Source: Faecousia sp.
GTDB lineage: Bacteria; Bacillota; Clostridia; Oscillospirales; Oscillospiraceae
Direction: 5' to 3'
Length of the DNA stretch: 64,000 nt
NCBI GenBank assembly: GCA_045658385.1
Contig: JAZOUW010000030.1
Coordinates: 7,509-71,508, forward strand
Below, one piece after another: positions 9,350 to 18,730 of this stretch; within the stretch, counting starts at the first letter, position 1; every line of letters begins with the position of its first letter. The translations under genes and the position numbers were made by a program. The notes under the pieces were generated by a model, which worked only from the letters and a program-made list of their open reading frames with translations, did not search any database and had not been told where the DNA came from.

Positions 9350-10119
9350 TGGCTGAATATATTTTGGAAACCAAAGACCTTGGCATTTCTTTCGGCGGTT
9401 TGAAGGCTGCGCAGGACGTAAATATCAAGATCAGGAAAAATCAGATTTATGGCTTGATCGGTCCTAACGGCGCAGGTAAAACCACAATTTTCAACCTGTT
9501 GACCGGTGTTTATAAGCCCAGCGCAGGTACGTTCTATTTGGACGGGGAGGAGCTAAAGGGTTTCTCTCAGGAAAAAATTAACCACAAGGGTATTGCCCGC
9601 ACATTCCAGAACATCCGCTTGTTTAATAACATGACAGTTGTTCGTAATGTTATGGTAGGCTTGCATAACAGACCGGAGTTTAAATGCACGGTTTTGGAGT
9701 CGCTGCTTCGCTTGCCCCGACATTTTAAAATGGAAAAGCAGATGCGGGAAAAGGCAAAGGACCTGTTGCGGATTTTTGATTTGGAACAGGAACGTAACAG
9801 TTTGGCATGCAATCTGCCCTACGGAAAACAGCGGAAATTGGAAATCGCCCGCGCCCTTGCGACCAATCCCAAAATCCTGCTTCTGGATGAGCCGGCAGCT
9901 GGTATGAATCCCCAGGAAACAGAGGATCTTGCGAAAACGATTCGCTTTATCCGGGATCATTTTGACATGACGATATTGCTGATTGAGCATGACATGAAGT
10001 TCGTTGCCGGTTTGTGTGATGAATTAACAGTTCTGAACTTTGGCACCATGCTTGCGCAAGGCGAAACAAAATCTGTGCTGCAGGATCCTGAAGTTATCCG
10101 CGCATACATCGGAGGTTAA
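9349..10119 (+). CDS. livG: BCAA ABC transporter ATP-binding protein
   Basis: GPNGAGKTT, ARTFQNIRLF, LPYGKQRKLEIARAL, LLDEPAAG, IEHDM. Confidence 0.95.
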   Translation: MAEYILETKDLGISFGGLKAAQDVNIKIRKNQIYGLIGPNGAGKTTIFNLLTGVYKPSAGTFYLDGEELKGFSQEKINHKGIARTFQNIRLFNNMTVVRNVMVGLHNRPEFKCTVLESLLRLPRHFKMEKQMREKAKDLLRIFDLEQERNSLACNLPYGKQRKLEIARALATNPKILLLDEPAAGMNPQETEDLAKTIRFIRDHFDMTILLIEHDMKFVAGLCDELTVLNFGTMLAQGETKSVLQDPEVIRAYIGG

Positions 10120-10122
10120 ATT

Positions 10123-10833
10123 ATGGCATTGTTAGAAGTAAATAACCTCACGGTGTACTATGGCGTTATTTGCGCCCTTAAGGGCATCAGCTTTGCGGTA
10201 GATGAAGGACAGATCGTGTCTTTGATCGGTGCTAACGGTGCTGGCAAGACGACCACAATGCAAAGTACGGTCGGTTTGATTCCCAAGAAGTCGGGAAGCG
10301 TTATTTTTGACGGTAATGACATTACGAAAACACCCTGTCATAAAATCGTTCATATGGGCATGACCCAGGTTCCCGAAGGCCGTCGCATTTTCCAGGAATT
10401 GACGGTTTATGAGAATCTGATGATGGGCGCTTACTCCATGAAGGATAACAGCCTGTTTAAAACAGATCTGGAATCTATTTATGAACGTTTTCCCCGGTTG
10501 GCAGAACGGCGCAATCAGATTGCCGGTACGCTTTCCGGTGGCGAACAGCAGATGTTGGCCATGAGCCGTGCACTGATGAGTCACCCGAAGCTGCTGATGC
10601 TGGATGAGCCCTCTATGGGCTTGTCTCCGCTGCTTGTAGATCAGGTCTTTGAAATTATTAAGGATATCAACCGTGACGGTACTACTGTTTTATTGGTGGA
10701 GCAGAATGCGGGTAAATCTCTTGCAATTTCTGACCGGGCCTATGTTTTGGAAAATGGCAGCATCGTGCTGTCCGGAACCGGCGCTGAATTGGCTGCAAGT
10801 GAACAAGTTCAAAAAGCCTATTTAGGCGGTTAA
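10123..10833 (+). CDS. livF: BCAA ABC transporter ATP-binding protein
   Basis: GANGAGKTT, VPEGRRIF, LSGGEQQML, LDEPSMGL, VEQNA. Confidence 0.95.
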   Translation: MALLEVNNLTVYYGVICALKGISFAVDEGQIVSLIGANGAGKTTTMQSTVGLIPKKSGSVIFDGNDITKTPCHKIVHMGMTQVPEGRRIFQELTVYENLMMGAYSMKDNSLFKTDLESIYERFPRLAERRNQIAGTLSGGEQQMLAMSRALMSHPKLLMLDEPSMGLSPLLVDQVFEIIKDINRDGTTVLLVEQNAGKSLAISDRAYVLENGSIVLSGTGAELAASEQVQKAYLGG

Positions 10834-10839
10834 AAATTC

Positions 10840-10873
10840 AACACCCCCTGCATAGAATCATGCAGGGGGTGTT
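10840..10873 (+). terminator. Intrinsic terminator of liv operon
   Basis: AACACCCCCTGCAT-loop-ATGCAGGGGGTGTT perfect stem. Confidence 0.8.
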
Positions 10874-11026
10874 ATTATGTGCCGACATAACCAACTGTGG
10901 GGCGGCGTCCTTCTTGCTTTTGGCCTTGGCGTTTTGATTGGTATATGGATTGAAAGTGGGTTTCTCGCCCATTGTTTTGGTTTTGCACTGATTATTTGTG
11001 GCATTTGTATTGGTAGAAGGAAATAG

Positions 11027-11055
11027 GAATATACTTGTCCACCGGTGAATATAAT
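11027..11055 (+). promoter_or_regulatory. Possible sigma-E promoter
   Basis: gaATA-16bp-aATATAAT resembles the sigE consensus ATA-16/18-cATAcanT and lies upstream of a coat morphogen gene. Confidence 0.35.
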
Positions 11056-11092
11056 GCAGTAACATAGTGGGGATTACCCCGCAGACTAAGGA

Positions 11093-12601
11093 GTGATTTG
11101 CTTGGAGCTGCAGTTTAATAAATCCGTAATTTCCTGCATACAGTCAGCAACGCGGGAAATCCAAAATCAAGAGCTGACCCAGGAAGTGCGCCTGACAGAC
11201 GGGATGCCGGATATCGGCAAAGTCCTGACCTGTTGGGGTCAGCTGCTTGTTCGGGGAAAAGAGTGGCATTCCGGGAATGTTGGTGTTTCCGGTGGCGTTA
11301 TGGCATGGGTGCTGTATCTGCCGGAGGATGGCGGGCAGGCACAAAGCGTTGCAACATGGTTGCCTTTCCAAATGAAATGGGATATCGCTGAATCCCAACG
11401 AGATGGCATAATTCATGTTAATGCCTTGCTTCGCGGTATTGATGCCCGCAGCATATCTGCAAGAAAAATCGTGGTGCGCGCCGGTTTGGGTTTGTTGGCA
11501 GATGCTATGATAGCGGAGGATATTGAGGCTTTCTCTCCGGTGGAGATTCCGGAGGATGTTCACCTTTTGAATAACACATACCCTCTTCGAATTCCGGTGG
11601 AAGCGGGGGAGAAAGTGTTTGTGATTGATGAGGCAATTTCACTTCCGGATACGGCTCCGGCGCTGGAACGCTTGATTCGTTATGAGCTGCAGCCGGAAAT
11701 TCTGGAACAAAAAGTCGTATCTGATAAAGTAGTGTTCCGGGGTGTTTCCAACTTGCACATTCTTTATGCTGCTGCAGACGGGAAGTTAAACAGTTTCAAT
11801 TTTGAACTGCCATTTTCCCAGTATGCGCAGCTGGATAAAGAGCATGATGCAGAAGCCACAGCACAGGTTTGTCTTGCGCTGACCAATCTGGAACTGGAGC
11901 AGGGGGAAGAAGAAAACCTGAATTTGAAAGCGGGTGTCATTGGCCAGTACGTGATTTTTGACCAAACTATGATGGATTTAACAGAGGATGCTTACAGTAA
12001 TCTGCGGGATGTAAAACCACAATTTTCCGGGTTGCATATACCTGTTCAGTTAGACAGTCAGACGGATGTGATTGTTGCAAAGCAAACTGCGCAGTTGGGG
12101 AACATTCGTTGCGTTGATTTGTCGTTTTATTCGGATCACCCGCGTATGTATACAGAGGAAGATACAGTTACCGGGGAAATGGCGGGTGTATTCCAACTGC
12201 TGTATTATGACGAAAATGACGCACTTAACAGCAATACCTTCCGGTGGGACGATGTGTGGAAGACAGATGCATCGGAGCATACAAAAGTCGCGCTTACTGT
12301 GCAGCCGAGAGGGAAACCCCAGATTTCGGTATCCGGCGAAAGTGCAGTAATGCAGGGAGAGATGATTGGACAGGTATTCACTGTATCCAAGCAGCCCCTT
12401 TCAATGATTACGGGTCTGGAACTTGGAGAAGTGGGGCAACCAGATCCTAACAGACCAAGCATCATTTTGCGCAGAGCAGGGGAGGATGGTCTTTGGGATT
12501 TGGCAAAAAAAGCAGGTTCAACTGTGGATGCAATCAAAACGGCAAATAATCTACAGCATGAACCGGATAGCAATCAAATGCTTCTGATTCCAGTTGTATA
12601 A
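11093..12601 (+). CDS. Spore coat morphogenetic protein, SPOCS/DUF3794 repeats plus C-terminal LysM (SipL-like)
   Basis: PDIGKVL / PALERLIR repeated SPOCS-type modules, FELPFSQY, C-terminal LWDLAKKAGSTVDAIKTANNL...LLIP LysM. Start may be TTG 11102. Confidence 0.8.
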   Translation: MICLELQFNKSVISCIQSATREIQNQELTQEVRLTDGMPDIGKVLTCWGQLLVRGKEWHSGNVGVSGGVMAWVLYLPEDGGQAQSVATWLPFQMKWDIAESQRDGIIHVNALLRGIDARSISARKIVVRAGLGLLADAMIAEDIEAFSPVEIPEDVHLLNNTYPLRIPVEAGEKVFVIDEAISLPDTAPALERLIRYELQPEILEQKVVSDKVVFRGVSNLHILYAAADGKLNSFNFELPFSQYAQLDKEHDAEATAQVCLALTNLELEQGEEENLNLKAGVIGQYVIFDQTMMDLTEDAYSNLRDVKPQFSGLHIPVQLDSQTDVIVAKQTAQLGNIRCVDLSFYSDHPRMYTEEDTVTGEMAGVFQLLYYDENDALNSNTFRWDDVWKTDASEHTKVALTVQPRGKPQISVSGESAVMQGEMIGQVFTVSKQPLSMITGLELGEVGQPDPNRPSIILRRAGEDGLWDLAKKAGSTVDAIKTANNLQHEPDSNQMLLIPVV

Positions 12602-12611
12602 ATATTAAATT

Positions 12612-12652
12612 AAAAAGCCGCCGCTGCGTAAAAGATGCGCAGCGGCGGGTTT
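12612..12652 (+). terminator. Intrinsic terminator
   Basis: CCGCCGCTGCGTA-loop-TGCGCAGCGGCGG followed by GTTT. Confidence 0.65.
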
Positions 12653-12755
12653 GGCGGTTTGTCGCATTCGGGGAGAATGTCCGCCTGCTTATAGGATAGC
12701 CATAAGTCAAATGTAAAAACAAGAGAAAACTGTCGAGGACAAAGATTATTTTGAC

Positions 12756-12784
12756 TTGTCTTTAACGCATTTCAGTGGTATAAT
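12756..12784 (+). promoter_or_regulatory. sigma-A promoter candidate
   Basis: TTGTCT-17bp-TATAAT with extended -10 TG. Confidence 0.6.
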
Positions 12785-12817
12785 ATATTGGAAATTTTAA
12801 TGGGAAGGTGCGTAAAC

Positions 12818-13921
12818 ATGACAAAAATCGATATTTTCTCCGGCTTTTTAGGCGCCGGCAAAACAACATTAATCAAGAAAATGATTTCTGAAAGCTATGG
12901 CGGTCAAAAATTGGTGCTGATTGAAAATGAATTTGGTGAAATTGGTATTGATGGTGGATTTTTGCAGGATGCCGGCATCAATATAACCGAAATGAATTCC
13001 GGATGTATTTGCTGCAGCCTGGTGGGCGATTTCAGCAAAGCGTTGACCCAGGTGATCAGCGAATATAACCCAGACCGGATTTTGATCGAGCCTTCCGGTG
13101 TTGGAAAGCTTTCTGATGTAATTGGCGCGGTGGAAAAAGTTACCAATGACAACGTAACGCTTGGCTACACTGTTGCTGTTGTAGATGCGGGCAAAGTGAA
13201 AGTGTATATGAAAAACTTTGGGGAGTTTTATAACAACCAGATCGAAACGGCATCCACCATTGTGCTTTCTCGCACAGACACCATCGCACCGCAAAAGCTG
13301 GACATGGCGGTAGAAATGCTGCGCCAGCACAATGCCCATGCAACCATCGTAACAACGCCGTGGGACATGCTCACCGGCAGCCAGCTTATAGAAGCAATGG
13401 AGGGGAATGCATCCCTCGCCGCCGATATGAAGCAGTTAATGCAAGCGCAACATGATGAGCATTGCTGCCACGGACATGACCATGAGCATCATCACGAGCA
13501 TGATGAACATTGCTGCTGCGGTCATGACCATGAGCATCATCACGAACATGATGAGCATTGCTGCTGTCATGAGCATGAGCATCATCACGAGCATCATGAC
13601 CATGACGGTCATTGCTGCTGCGGTCATGACCATCATGACCACCATGCGGATGAAGTTTTTGCTTCCTGGGGCGTAGAAACCACAAAACAATTCACCTTGG
13701 AGTCTGTCGAGGAAGTACTGAAAAAGCTAGACTCCCGGGCACATGGTTTTGTTTTACGGGCCAAGGGAATTGTAGCGGGTCAGGATGGCAACTGGATTCA
13801 TTTTGACTATGTTCCCGGAGAAACCAATGTTCGTACCGGCAGTGCTGCTGTGACTGGAAAAATTTGTGTAATTGGCTCTGAATTGCATACTGACGATATC
13901 GCAAATCTTTTTGGGGTGTAA
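12818..13921 (+). CDS. COG0523 (CobW/YciC family) G3E GTPase metallochaperone with His/Cys-rich insert
   Basis: GFLGAGKTT, ENEFGEIGIDG, GCICC, EPSG, C-terminal LRAKG (CobW_C); ATG 12818. Confidence 0.92.
   Translation: MTKIDIFSGFLGAGKTTLIKKMISESYGGQKLVLIENEFGEIGIDGGFLQDAGINITEMNSGCICCSLVGDFSKALTQVISEYNPDRILIEPSGVGKLSDVIGAVEKVTNDNVTLGYTVAVVDAGKVKVYMKNFGEFYNNQIETASTIVLSRTDTIAPQKLDMAVEMLRQHNAHATIVTTPWDMLTGSQLIEAMEGNASLAADMKQLMQAQHDEHCCHGHDHEHHHEHDEHCCCGHDHEHHHEHDEHCCCHEHEHHHEHHDHDGHCCCGHDHHDHHADEVFASWGVETTKQFTLESVEEVLKKLDSRAHGFVLRAKGIVAGQDGNWIHFDYVPGETNVRTGSAAVTGKICVIGSELHTDDIANLFGV
13451..13646 (+). repeat. ~48-bp coding tandem repeat (about 4 units) encoding HDEHCCxGHDHEHHHE
   Basis: CATGATGAGCATTGCTGCCACGGACATGACCATGAGCATCATCACGAG, then CATGATGAACATTGCTGCTGCGGTCATGACCATGAGCATCATCACGAA, then two degenerate copies. 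Confidence 0.9.
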
Positions 13922-13924
13922 TGT

Positions 13925-14866
13925 ATGGCGCGTATTCCTGTATATGTATTTACCGGCTTTCTGGATTCCGGTAAGACGAAATTTATCCAAGAGACGTTGG
14001 AAGATTCGCGATTTAATTCCGGAGAACGTACGCTTTTGCTGGTGTTTGAAGAGGGCGAGGAGGAATACGATTTCTCTGCATATCCTTACCAGAATGTGTA
14101 TTTGGAGATTCTGGACCAACAGACGGTTACGACCAGGCAGCTTCAGGCGTTGGCAAAGAAATATAGAGCCCAGCGCGTGGTGGCGGAACTGAACGGCATG
14201 CAGCTGGTGGGTGATTTATACAGTCGTTTTCCGGATGATTGGGAGGTTGCCCAGGAGGTCATGTTTGCAGATACCACCACATTTATGACCTATAATGCCA
14301 ATATGCGCAATTTGGTTATGGACAAGCTTGTTGGCGGCCAGATGGTGGTGTTCAATCGTTTGAAACCAGGCGAAGATTATATGCCCTTTCACAAGCTTGC
14401 AAGAGCAGCAAACCGCCGTATTGATATACTCTATGAATATACGGACGGTAGTTCTGCCTTTGACGATACAGAAGACCCGCTGCCCTTTGACATCCAAGCG
14501 CCGGTTATTGCGCTTAAGGATGAAGATTATGCTCTTTGGTATCGGGATGTAACGGAAGAACCGGAAAAGTATGATGGAAAAACGGTAGCATTTAAGGCGC
14601 AAGTGGCAAAACTGCGTCGGGAAAGTGAAGGCATGTTTGCCCCGGGTCGCTTCGTTATGACCTGCTGTGCAGACGATATTCAGTTTTGTGGGATTCCCTG
14701 TAAGTATGCAGATAGCGCAAAATTAGATCCCAGAGGTTGGGTCATGGTTACTGCAACTGTTGCTGCGCAAAAACACCCGCTTTTTGGCGGTGAAATTGGG
14801 CCTGTACTCACTGCAATTTCTGTTTCCCCAACAGCACCCGCTGTGGAGGAGGTTGCCACTTTTTAA
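13925..14866 (+). CDS. Degenerate CobW-like P-loop domain fused to DUF1980/TIGR03943-type C-terminal domain
   Basis: VYVFTGFLDSGKT P-loop but no CxCC; C-terminal GRFVMTCCADD motif. Confidence 0.75.
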   Translation: MARIPVYVFTGFLDSGKTKFIQETLEDSRFNSGERTLLLVFEEGEEEYDFSAYPYQNVYLEILDQQTVTTRQLQALAKKYRAQRVVAELNGMQLVGDLYSRFPDDWEVAQEVMFADTTTFMTYNANMRNLVMDKLVGGQMVVFNRLKPGEDYMPFHKLARAANRRIDILYEYTDGSSAFDDTEDPLPFDIQAPVIALKDEDYALWYRDVTEEPEKYDGKTVAFKAQVAKLRRESEGMFAPGRFVMTCCADDIQFCGIPCKYADSAKLDPRGWVMVTATVAAQKHPLFGGEIGPVLTAISVSPTAPAVEEVATF

Positions 14867-14888
14867 TTGTTAGATTGGAGGAAATCTT

Positions 14889-16154
14889 ATGTACCAACCC
14901 CTTGCAGATTTGTTGCGACCCCAGTCTCTTGATGAAGTGTTTGGCCAGGAGCATATTCTGGGGGAAGGTGCAATTTTGCGTCGGATTGTCCAGTCCGGTA
15001 AGATTCCCAACATGATATTTTACGGTCCTAGTGGTACTGGTAAAACAACAGTTGCCAACATTATTGCAAAGCAAACCAACCGTACGCTTTATCAGCTTAA
15101 TGCCACTACGGCATCTACAGCAGACATTAAAAATATTGTTGCCCAATTGGATACATTTATGGCGCCAAATGGGGTTTTGCTGTATTTGGACGAGATACAA
15201 TCCTTCAATAAAAAACAGCAGCAATCTTTGCTGGAGTATATTGAAAACGGAAAAATCACATTGATTGCATCTACAACGGAAAACCCTTACTTTTATGTGT
15301 TTAATGCTATTTTGAGCCGGTCTACTGTGTTTGAATTTAAACAGATTTCCGCATCTTCCGCGCTGGAAGCAGTAAAGCGTGCGGTTTCTTTCCTGGAAAC
15401 ACGGACGGCTTTGCGGGCGCAGCCGGAGGAAGGCGCACTGGAATATATTGCAGGGGCTTGCGGCGGCGATCTGCGTAAGGCCATGAATGCGGTAGAAGTG
15501 CTGTTTACTGCCGGAAAATCGGTTGGAGATAGGCTGATTTTAACGTTGGAAGACGCAAAGACGGTTACCCAGAAAAGCGCTATGCGCGCAGATCGGGATG
15601 GAGATAACTTTTACGATTTATTGTCGGCATTGCAGAAGTCCATTCGTGGTTCTGACCCGGATGCGGCTGTCCACTACCTTGCGCGTCTTTTGGAAGCAGG
15701 ACAGATGCAGGCTGCTTGCCGTCGTTTGATGGTGATTGCCTGTGAGGATGTGGGTCTTGCCTATCCCATGATTATCCCCATTGTGAAGTCATGTGTGGAT
15801 GCAGCACTGATGCTGGGGATGCCGGAAGCGCGAATTCCCTTGGGTGATGCTGCGGTTTTGATGGCGACCTCTCCAAAATCTAACACAGCACATGTGGCGC
15901 TGGATGCGGCTATGGCGGATGTGCAGAAGGGTAAAGGCGGTGATTTTCCGCGTCATTTGCAGAATGTTCATGTGGATACCTATACCCAGGAGCGCGAACA
16001 AGGCTATAAATACCCGCACAATTATCCCAACCAATGGGTAAAACAGCAGTACTTACCGGATGAACTGGTGGGCGCCCGGTATTATACCTACGGAACCAAT
16101 AAGCTGGAGCAAGCAGCAAAGCAATACTGGGATGCGATTAAGGGGGATAAGTAA
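14889..16154 (+). CDS. rarA: Replication-associated recombination protein A (MgsA/RarA AAA+ ATPase)
   Basis: PLADLLRPQSL, GPSGTGKTT, LDEI, STTENPYF, SALQKSIRGSDPDAA, YKYPH..QQYLP. Confidence 0.95.
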   Translation: MYQPLADLLRPQSLDEVFGQEHILGEGAILRRIVQSGKIPNMIFYGPSGTGKTTVANIIAKQTNRTLYQLNATTASTADIKNIVAQLDTFMAPNGVLLYLDEIQSFNKKQQQSLLEYIENGKITLIASTTENPYFYVFNAILSRSTVFEFKQISASSALEAVKRAVSFLETRTALRAQPEEGALEYIAGACGGDLRKAMNAVEVLFTAGKSVGDRLILTLEDAKTVTQKSAMRADRDGDNFYDLLSALQKSIRGSDPDAAVHYLARLLEAGQMQAACRRLMVIACEDVGLAYPMIIPIVKSCVDAALMLGMPEARIPLGDAAVLMATSPKSNTAHVALDAAMADVQKGKGGDFPRHLQNVHVDTYTQEREQGYKYPHNYPNQWVKQQYLPDELVGARYYTYGTNKLEQAAKQYWDAIKGDK

Positions 16155-16363
16155 TGGATATTCGTTTAGGTGATGTTTTGGTTATGAAAAAAAACCACCC
16201 TTGCGGCGAAAAGAAATGGCTTGTCCTGCGTACCGGTGCAGATTTTCGCTTGCGGTGTTTGGGCTGCGGGCATGAGTTGATGACCCCGCGGTTCAAAGCA
16301 GAAAAAAACATCCGCAGTATACAGCGGGATGAAAAATTATCGACAGATACAAGCGGCAGCTGA
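16154..16363 (+). CDS. DUF951 family small protein (YyzM-like)
   Basis: GDVLVMKKNHPCG...WLVLRTGADFRLRCLGCGH signature; overlaps the rarA stop. Confidence 0.85.
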   Translation: MDIRLGDVLVMKKNHPCGEKKWLVLRTGADFRLRCLGCGHELMTPRFKAEKNIRSIQRDEKLSTDTSGS

Positions 16364-16387
16364 TTGATTCAGCTGCCGTATTTTTTA
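16354..16387 (+). terminator. Intrinsic terminator
   Basis: CGGCAGCTGA-ttgat-TCAGCTGCCG followed by a T-tract. Confidence 0.8.
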
Positions 16388-16457
16388 TTATCTGGGGATG
16401 TGAAGCAGAAGCGGGTAAGTGAAGGGGCGATTCTTGGGGTTGAAAGCCTCCGCTGAA

Positions 16458-16490
16458 ATGACGTATTTTTTTACAGCGGGCAGATATACT
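16458..16490 (+). promoter_or_regulatory. Spo0A-dependent spoIIG-type sigma-A promoter candidate
   Basis: ATGACG-21bp-TATACT with a 0A-like TGACGTA over the -35. Long spacing and a TATACT -10 are as known for B. subtilis PspoIIG. Confidence 0.45.
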
Positions 16491-16514
16491 CAAGGCATAA
16501 TCTTTTCATAGGAG

Positions 16515-17297
16515 GTGCTGCCTTTGACAGTTTATCTGGATGTGGTGATAGCGCTGAATTTCTTGGTTGATTTGCTGCTCTTACTTGGGACAAACCGTCT
16601 GTGCGGCTATCCCCCGGGTTTGGGCAGAGCGCTATTGGCTGCAGGGATCGGTGGGATCTACGGAGGGGTATGTATGCTTCCGGAATTTCACTTTTTGGGG
16701 AATACCCTTTGGCGCGGTGTCAGCCTGTGTATGCTTTCATGGGTTGCATTCGGATTATCCAAAAGCGCATTGCGCAGAGGCGCGATATTTTTGCTTTTGA
16801 GTATGGCTCTGGGGGGCGTAACGCTAGGCTTTAGGGACAGGGGCCTGCTGTCTGTAATTGCAGCAGCAGCTGCCATTTTCATCATTTGCACAATTGGTTT
16901 TCGCGGAAAAATCGGGTCATCAACATATGTACCTGTGGAGTTAAACTTCGGCGCGCATAGCCTGCGCCTAACGGCGTTGCAGGATACGGGTAATCAATTG
17001 ACGGACCCGGTTACCGGTCGTCCGGTTTTGGTAATTGCAGCAGAAGCGGCGGAAAAACTAACCGGTCTTACGCGCCAGCAGCTTTCCAAGCCTGCGGAAG
17101 CCATTCTGACGGCAAAAATGCCCGGATTAAGGTTAATTCCTTATTATACAGTTGGACAGCCTGGCGGCATGCTCCTGGGTGTGCGGATGCAGGATGTAAA
17201 AATAGGAAATTGGAAGGGCAGCTCCCTTGTGGCTTTTGCGCCGGATGCGCTGAGCAGGGAGGGTGCGTATCAGGCATTAACAGGAGGTGTAGCATGA
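16515..17297 (+). CDS. spoIIGA: Sigma-E processing peptidase SpoIIGA
   Basis: VYLDV...NFLVD, TM N-terminus, aspartic motif [16 protein letters not shown]; directly upstream of sigE. Confidence 0.92.
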   Translation: MLPLTVYLDVVIALNFLVDLLLLLGTNRLCGYPPGLGRALLAAGIGGIYGGVCMLPEFHFLGNTLWRGVSLCMLSWVAFGLSKSALRRGAIFLLLSMALGGVTLGFRDRGLLSVIAAAAAIFIICTIGFRGKIGSSTYVPVELNFGAHSLRLTALQDTGNQLTDPVTGRPVLVIAAEAAEKLTGLTRQQLSKPAEAILTAKMPGLRLIPYYTVGQPGGMLLGVRMQDVKIGNWKGSSLVAFAPDALSREGAYQALTGGVA

Positions 17298-18004
17298 TTC
17301 AAATCCTTTTGCGTCTTATTGAAAAGTTATTTATAAGAAAACCCGGGGAATTATACTACATAGGGGGTAGTGATGTTTTACCGCCACCGTTGAAAGGGGA
17401 ACGGGAACAAGAAGTATTAACCGCACTGGAATCCGGTGATGAGAGCGCAAAACAACTATTGATTGAACATAATCTGCGCCTGGTGGTCTTTATTGCGCGA
17501 CGGTTCGAAAATACCGGTATCAATTTGGAAGATTTGATTTCCATAGGAACGATCGGCTTGATTAAAGCTGTGGGGACATACCGCGGGGACCGAAATATTA
17601 AACTGGCTACCTATGCCTCCCGCTGCATTGAAAATGAGATTTTGATGTATATTCGTAAGATTTCCAATCAGAAAACGGAAGTATCCTTGGATGAGCCAAT
17701 CAATATGGACTATGATGGCAATGAGCTTTTGCTTTCGGATATATTGGGTACCGATGAAGATATGATCCTGCGACCTCTGGAGGATGATGTGGATTTGTAT
17801 CTTTTACGGAAAGCAGTTCGGGAACTGCCGGAAAGAGAACGGGAAATTATAGTAATGCGCTTTGGCCTTGAGGGCAGAAAAGAGCTGACACAAAAAGAGG
17901 TCGCCTGCAAATTGGGTATATCCCAATCTTATATTTCCCGTTTGGAAAAACGTATTATGCTCCGCTTGCGTAAAGAAATTGTGCGTCAGACCAGCTGCGT
18001 ATAA
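17294..18004 (+). CDS. sigE: Sporulation sigma factor pro-SigE
   Basis: Pro-sequence then [65 protein letters not shown]; ATG 17294. Confidence 0.95.
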   Translation: MIQILLRLIEKLFIRKPGELYYIGGSDVLPPPLKGEREQEVLTALESGDESAKQLLIEHNLRLVVFIARRFENTGINLEDLISIGTIGLIKAVGTYRGDRNIKLATYASRCIENEILMYIRKISNQKTEVSLDEPINMDYDGNELLLSDILGTDEDMILRPLEDDVDLYLLRKAVRELPEREREIIVMRFGLEGRKELTQKEVACKLGISQSYISRLEKRIMLRLRKEIVRQTSCV

Positions 18005-18009
18005 AGTAC

Positions 18010-18038
18010 TTGCAAAATATAAGTTCCTTTGTTATAAT
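18010..18038 (+). promoter_or_regulatory. sigma-A promoter of rex-AKR
   Basis: TTGCAA-17bp-TATAAT with extended -10 TG. Confidence 0.75.
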
Positions 18039-18074
18039 CGATATAAATTCATATCGATATGATTTTGTATCGAT
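18037..18074. promoter_or_regulatory. Candidate operator: three ATCGAT at 16-bp period forming two overlapping palindromes
   Basis: ATCGATAT-AAATTC-ATATCGAT and ATCGATAT-GATTTT-GTATCGAT overlap the -10 and transcription start. Confidence 0.65.
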
Positions 18075-18085
18075 TAGAAAGGGGA

Positions 18086-18730
18086 ATGTCTGTGGAGCAT
18101 AGAGAGATTTCAAAAGCCGTCTTAAAACGTTTACCTGGATATTTGGCGTATTTAAAAAGCATCCCCGAGGGTACAAGCCCATACATTTCTGCAACTTCGC
18201 TGGCCAATGCCTTGAATATGGGTGAAGTGCAGGTTCGAAAGGACCTTGCAATGGTGTCTAACGGCGGCCGGCCCAAAATCGGTTATTTGCGGGAAAGCCT
18301 TATTGAGGACATCAGTCAGTTCCTTGGCTATGACAACACTACCGACGCTATTTTGGTAGGCGCAGGTAAGCTTGGTCAGGCGCTTTTGAACTACAGCGGC
18401 TTTGCTGCCTACGGGCTGAATGTGCTTGCTGCCTTCGATGCCAAACCTTTTGGCGATGAAACGGTAGATGGCAAGCCGGTATATCCCATGGAGCAAATGG
18501 AGCGTTTTTGCAGGGCAAATAAGGTCCTTATGGCAATTATTACCGTTCCGGCCCAGCATGCCCAGCAGGTATGTGACAAACTGATTACCTGCGGCATTAA
18601 GGCTGTTTGGAATTTTGCGCCTACGCATTTGGATGTTCCGGCGGGCATTTTGGTACAGAACGAGAATATGGCAACATCACTCGCAGTGCTTTCTATGCAT
18701 CTGCAGGCACAAATGAAGGATAGAAAATGA
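18086..18730 (+). CDS. rex: Redox-sensing transcriptional repressor Rex family (divergent member)
   Basis: KRLPGY, QVRKDL, GY wing, LVGAGKLGQAL Rossmann motif, WNFAP. Start may be GTG 18092. Confidence 0.88.
   Translation: MSVEHREISKAVLKRLPGYLAYLKSIPEGTSPYISATSLANALNMGEVQVRKDLAMVSNGGRPKIGYLRESLIEDISQFLGYDNTTDAILVGAGKLGQALLNYSGFAAYGLNVLAAFDAKPFGDETVDGKPVYPMEQMERFCRANKVLMAIITVPAQHAQQVCDKLITCGIKAVWNFAPTHLDVPAGILVQNENMATSLAVLSMHLQAQMKDRK

Noticed and set aside
10838-11065. 75-aa minus-strand intergenic ORF
   Set aside because: No RBS, low-complexity translation, and it overlaps a terminator and promoter region
12655-12740. Isolated 0A-like heptamers (TGTCGCA, TGTCGAG) upstream of the COG0523 operon
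   Set aside because: Single-mismatch, non-tandem sites are expected by chance
13386-13690. Met-rich alternative-frame ORFs over the His repeat
   Set aside because: By-products of CAT/GAT-rich repeat DNA inside the COG0523 gene
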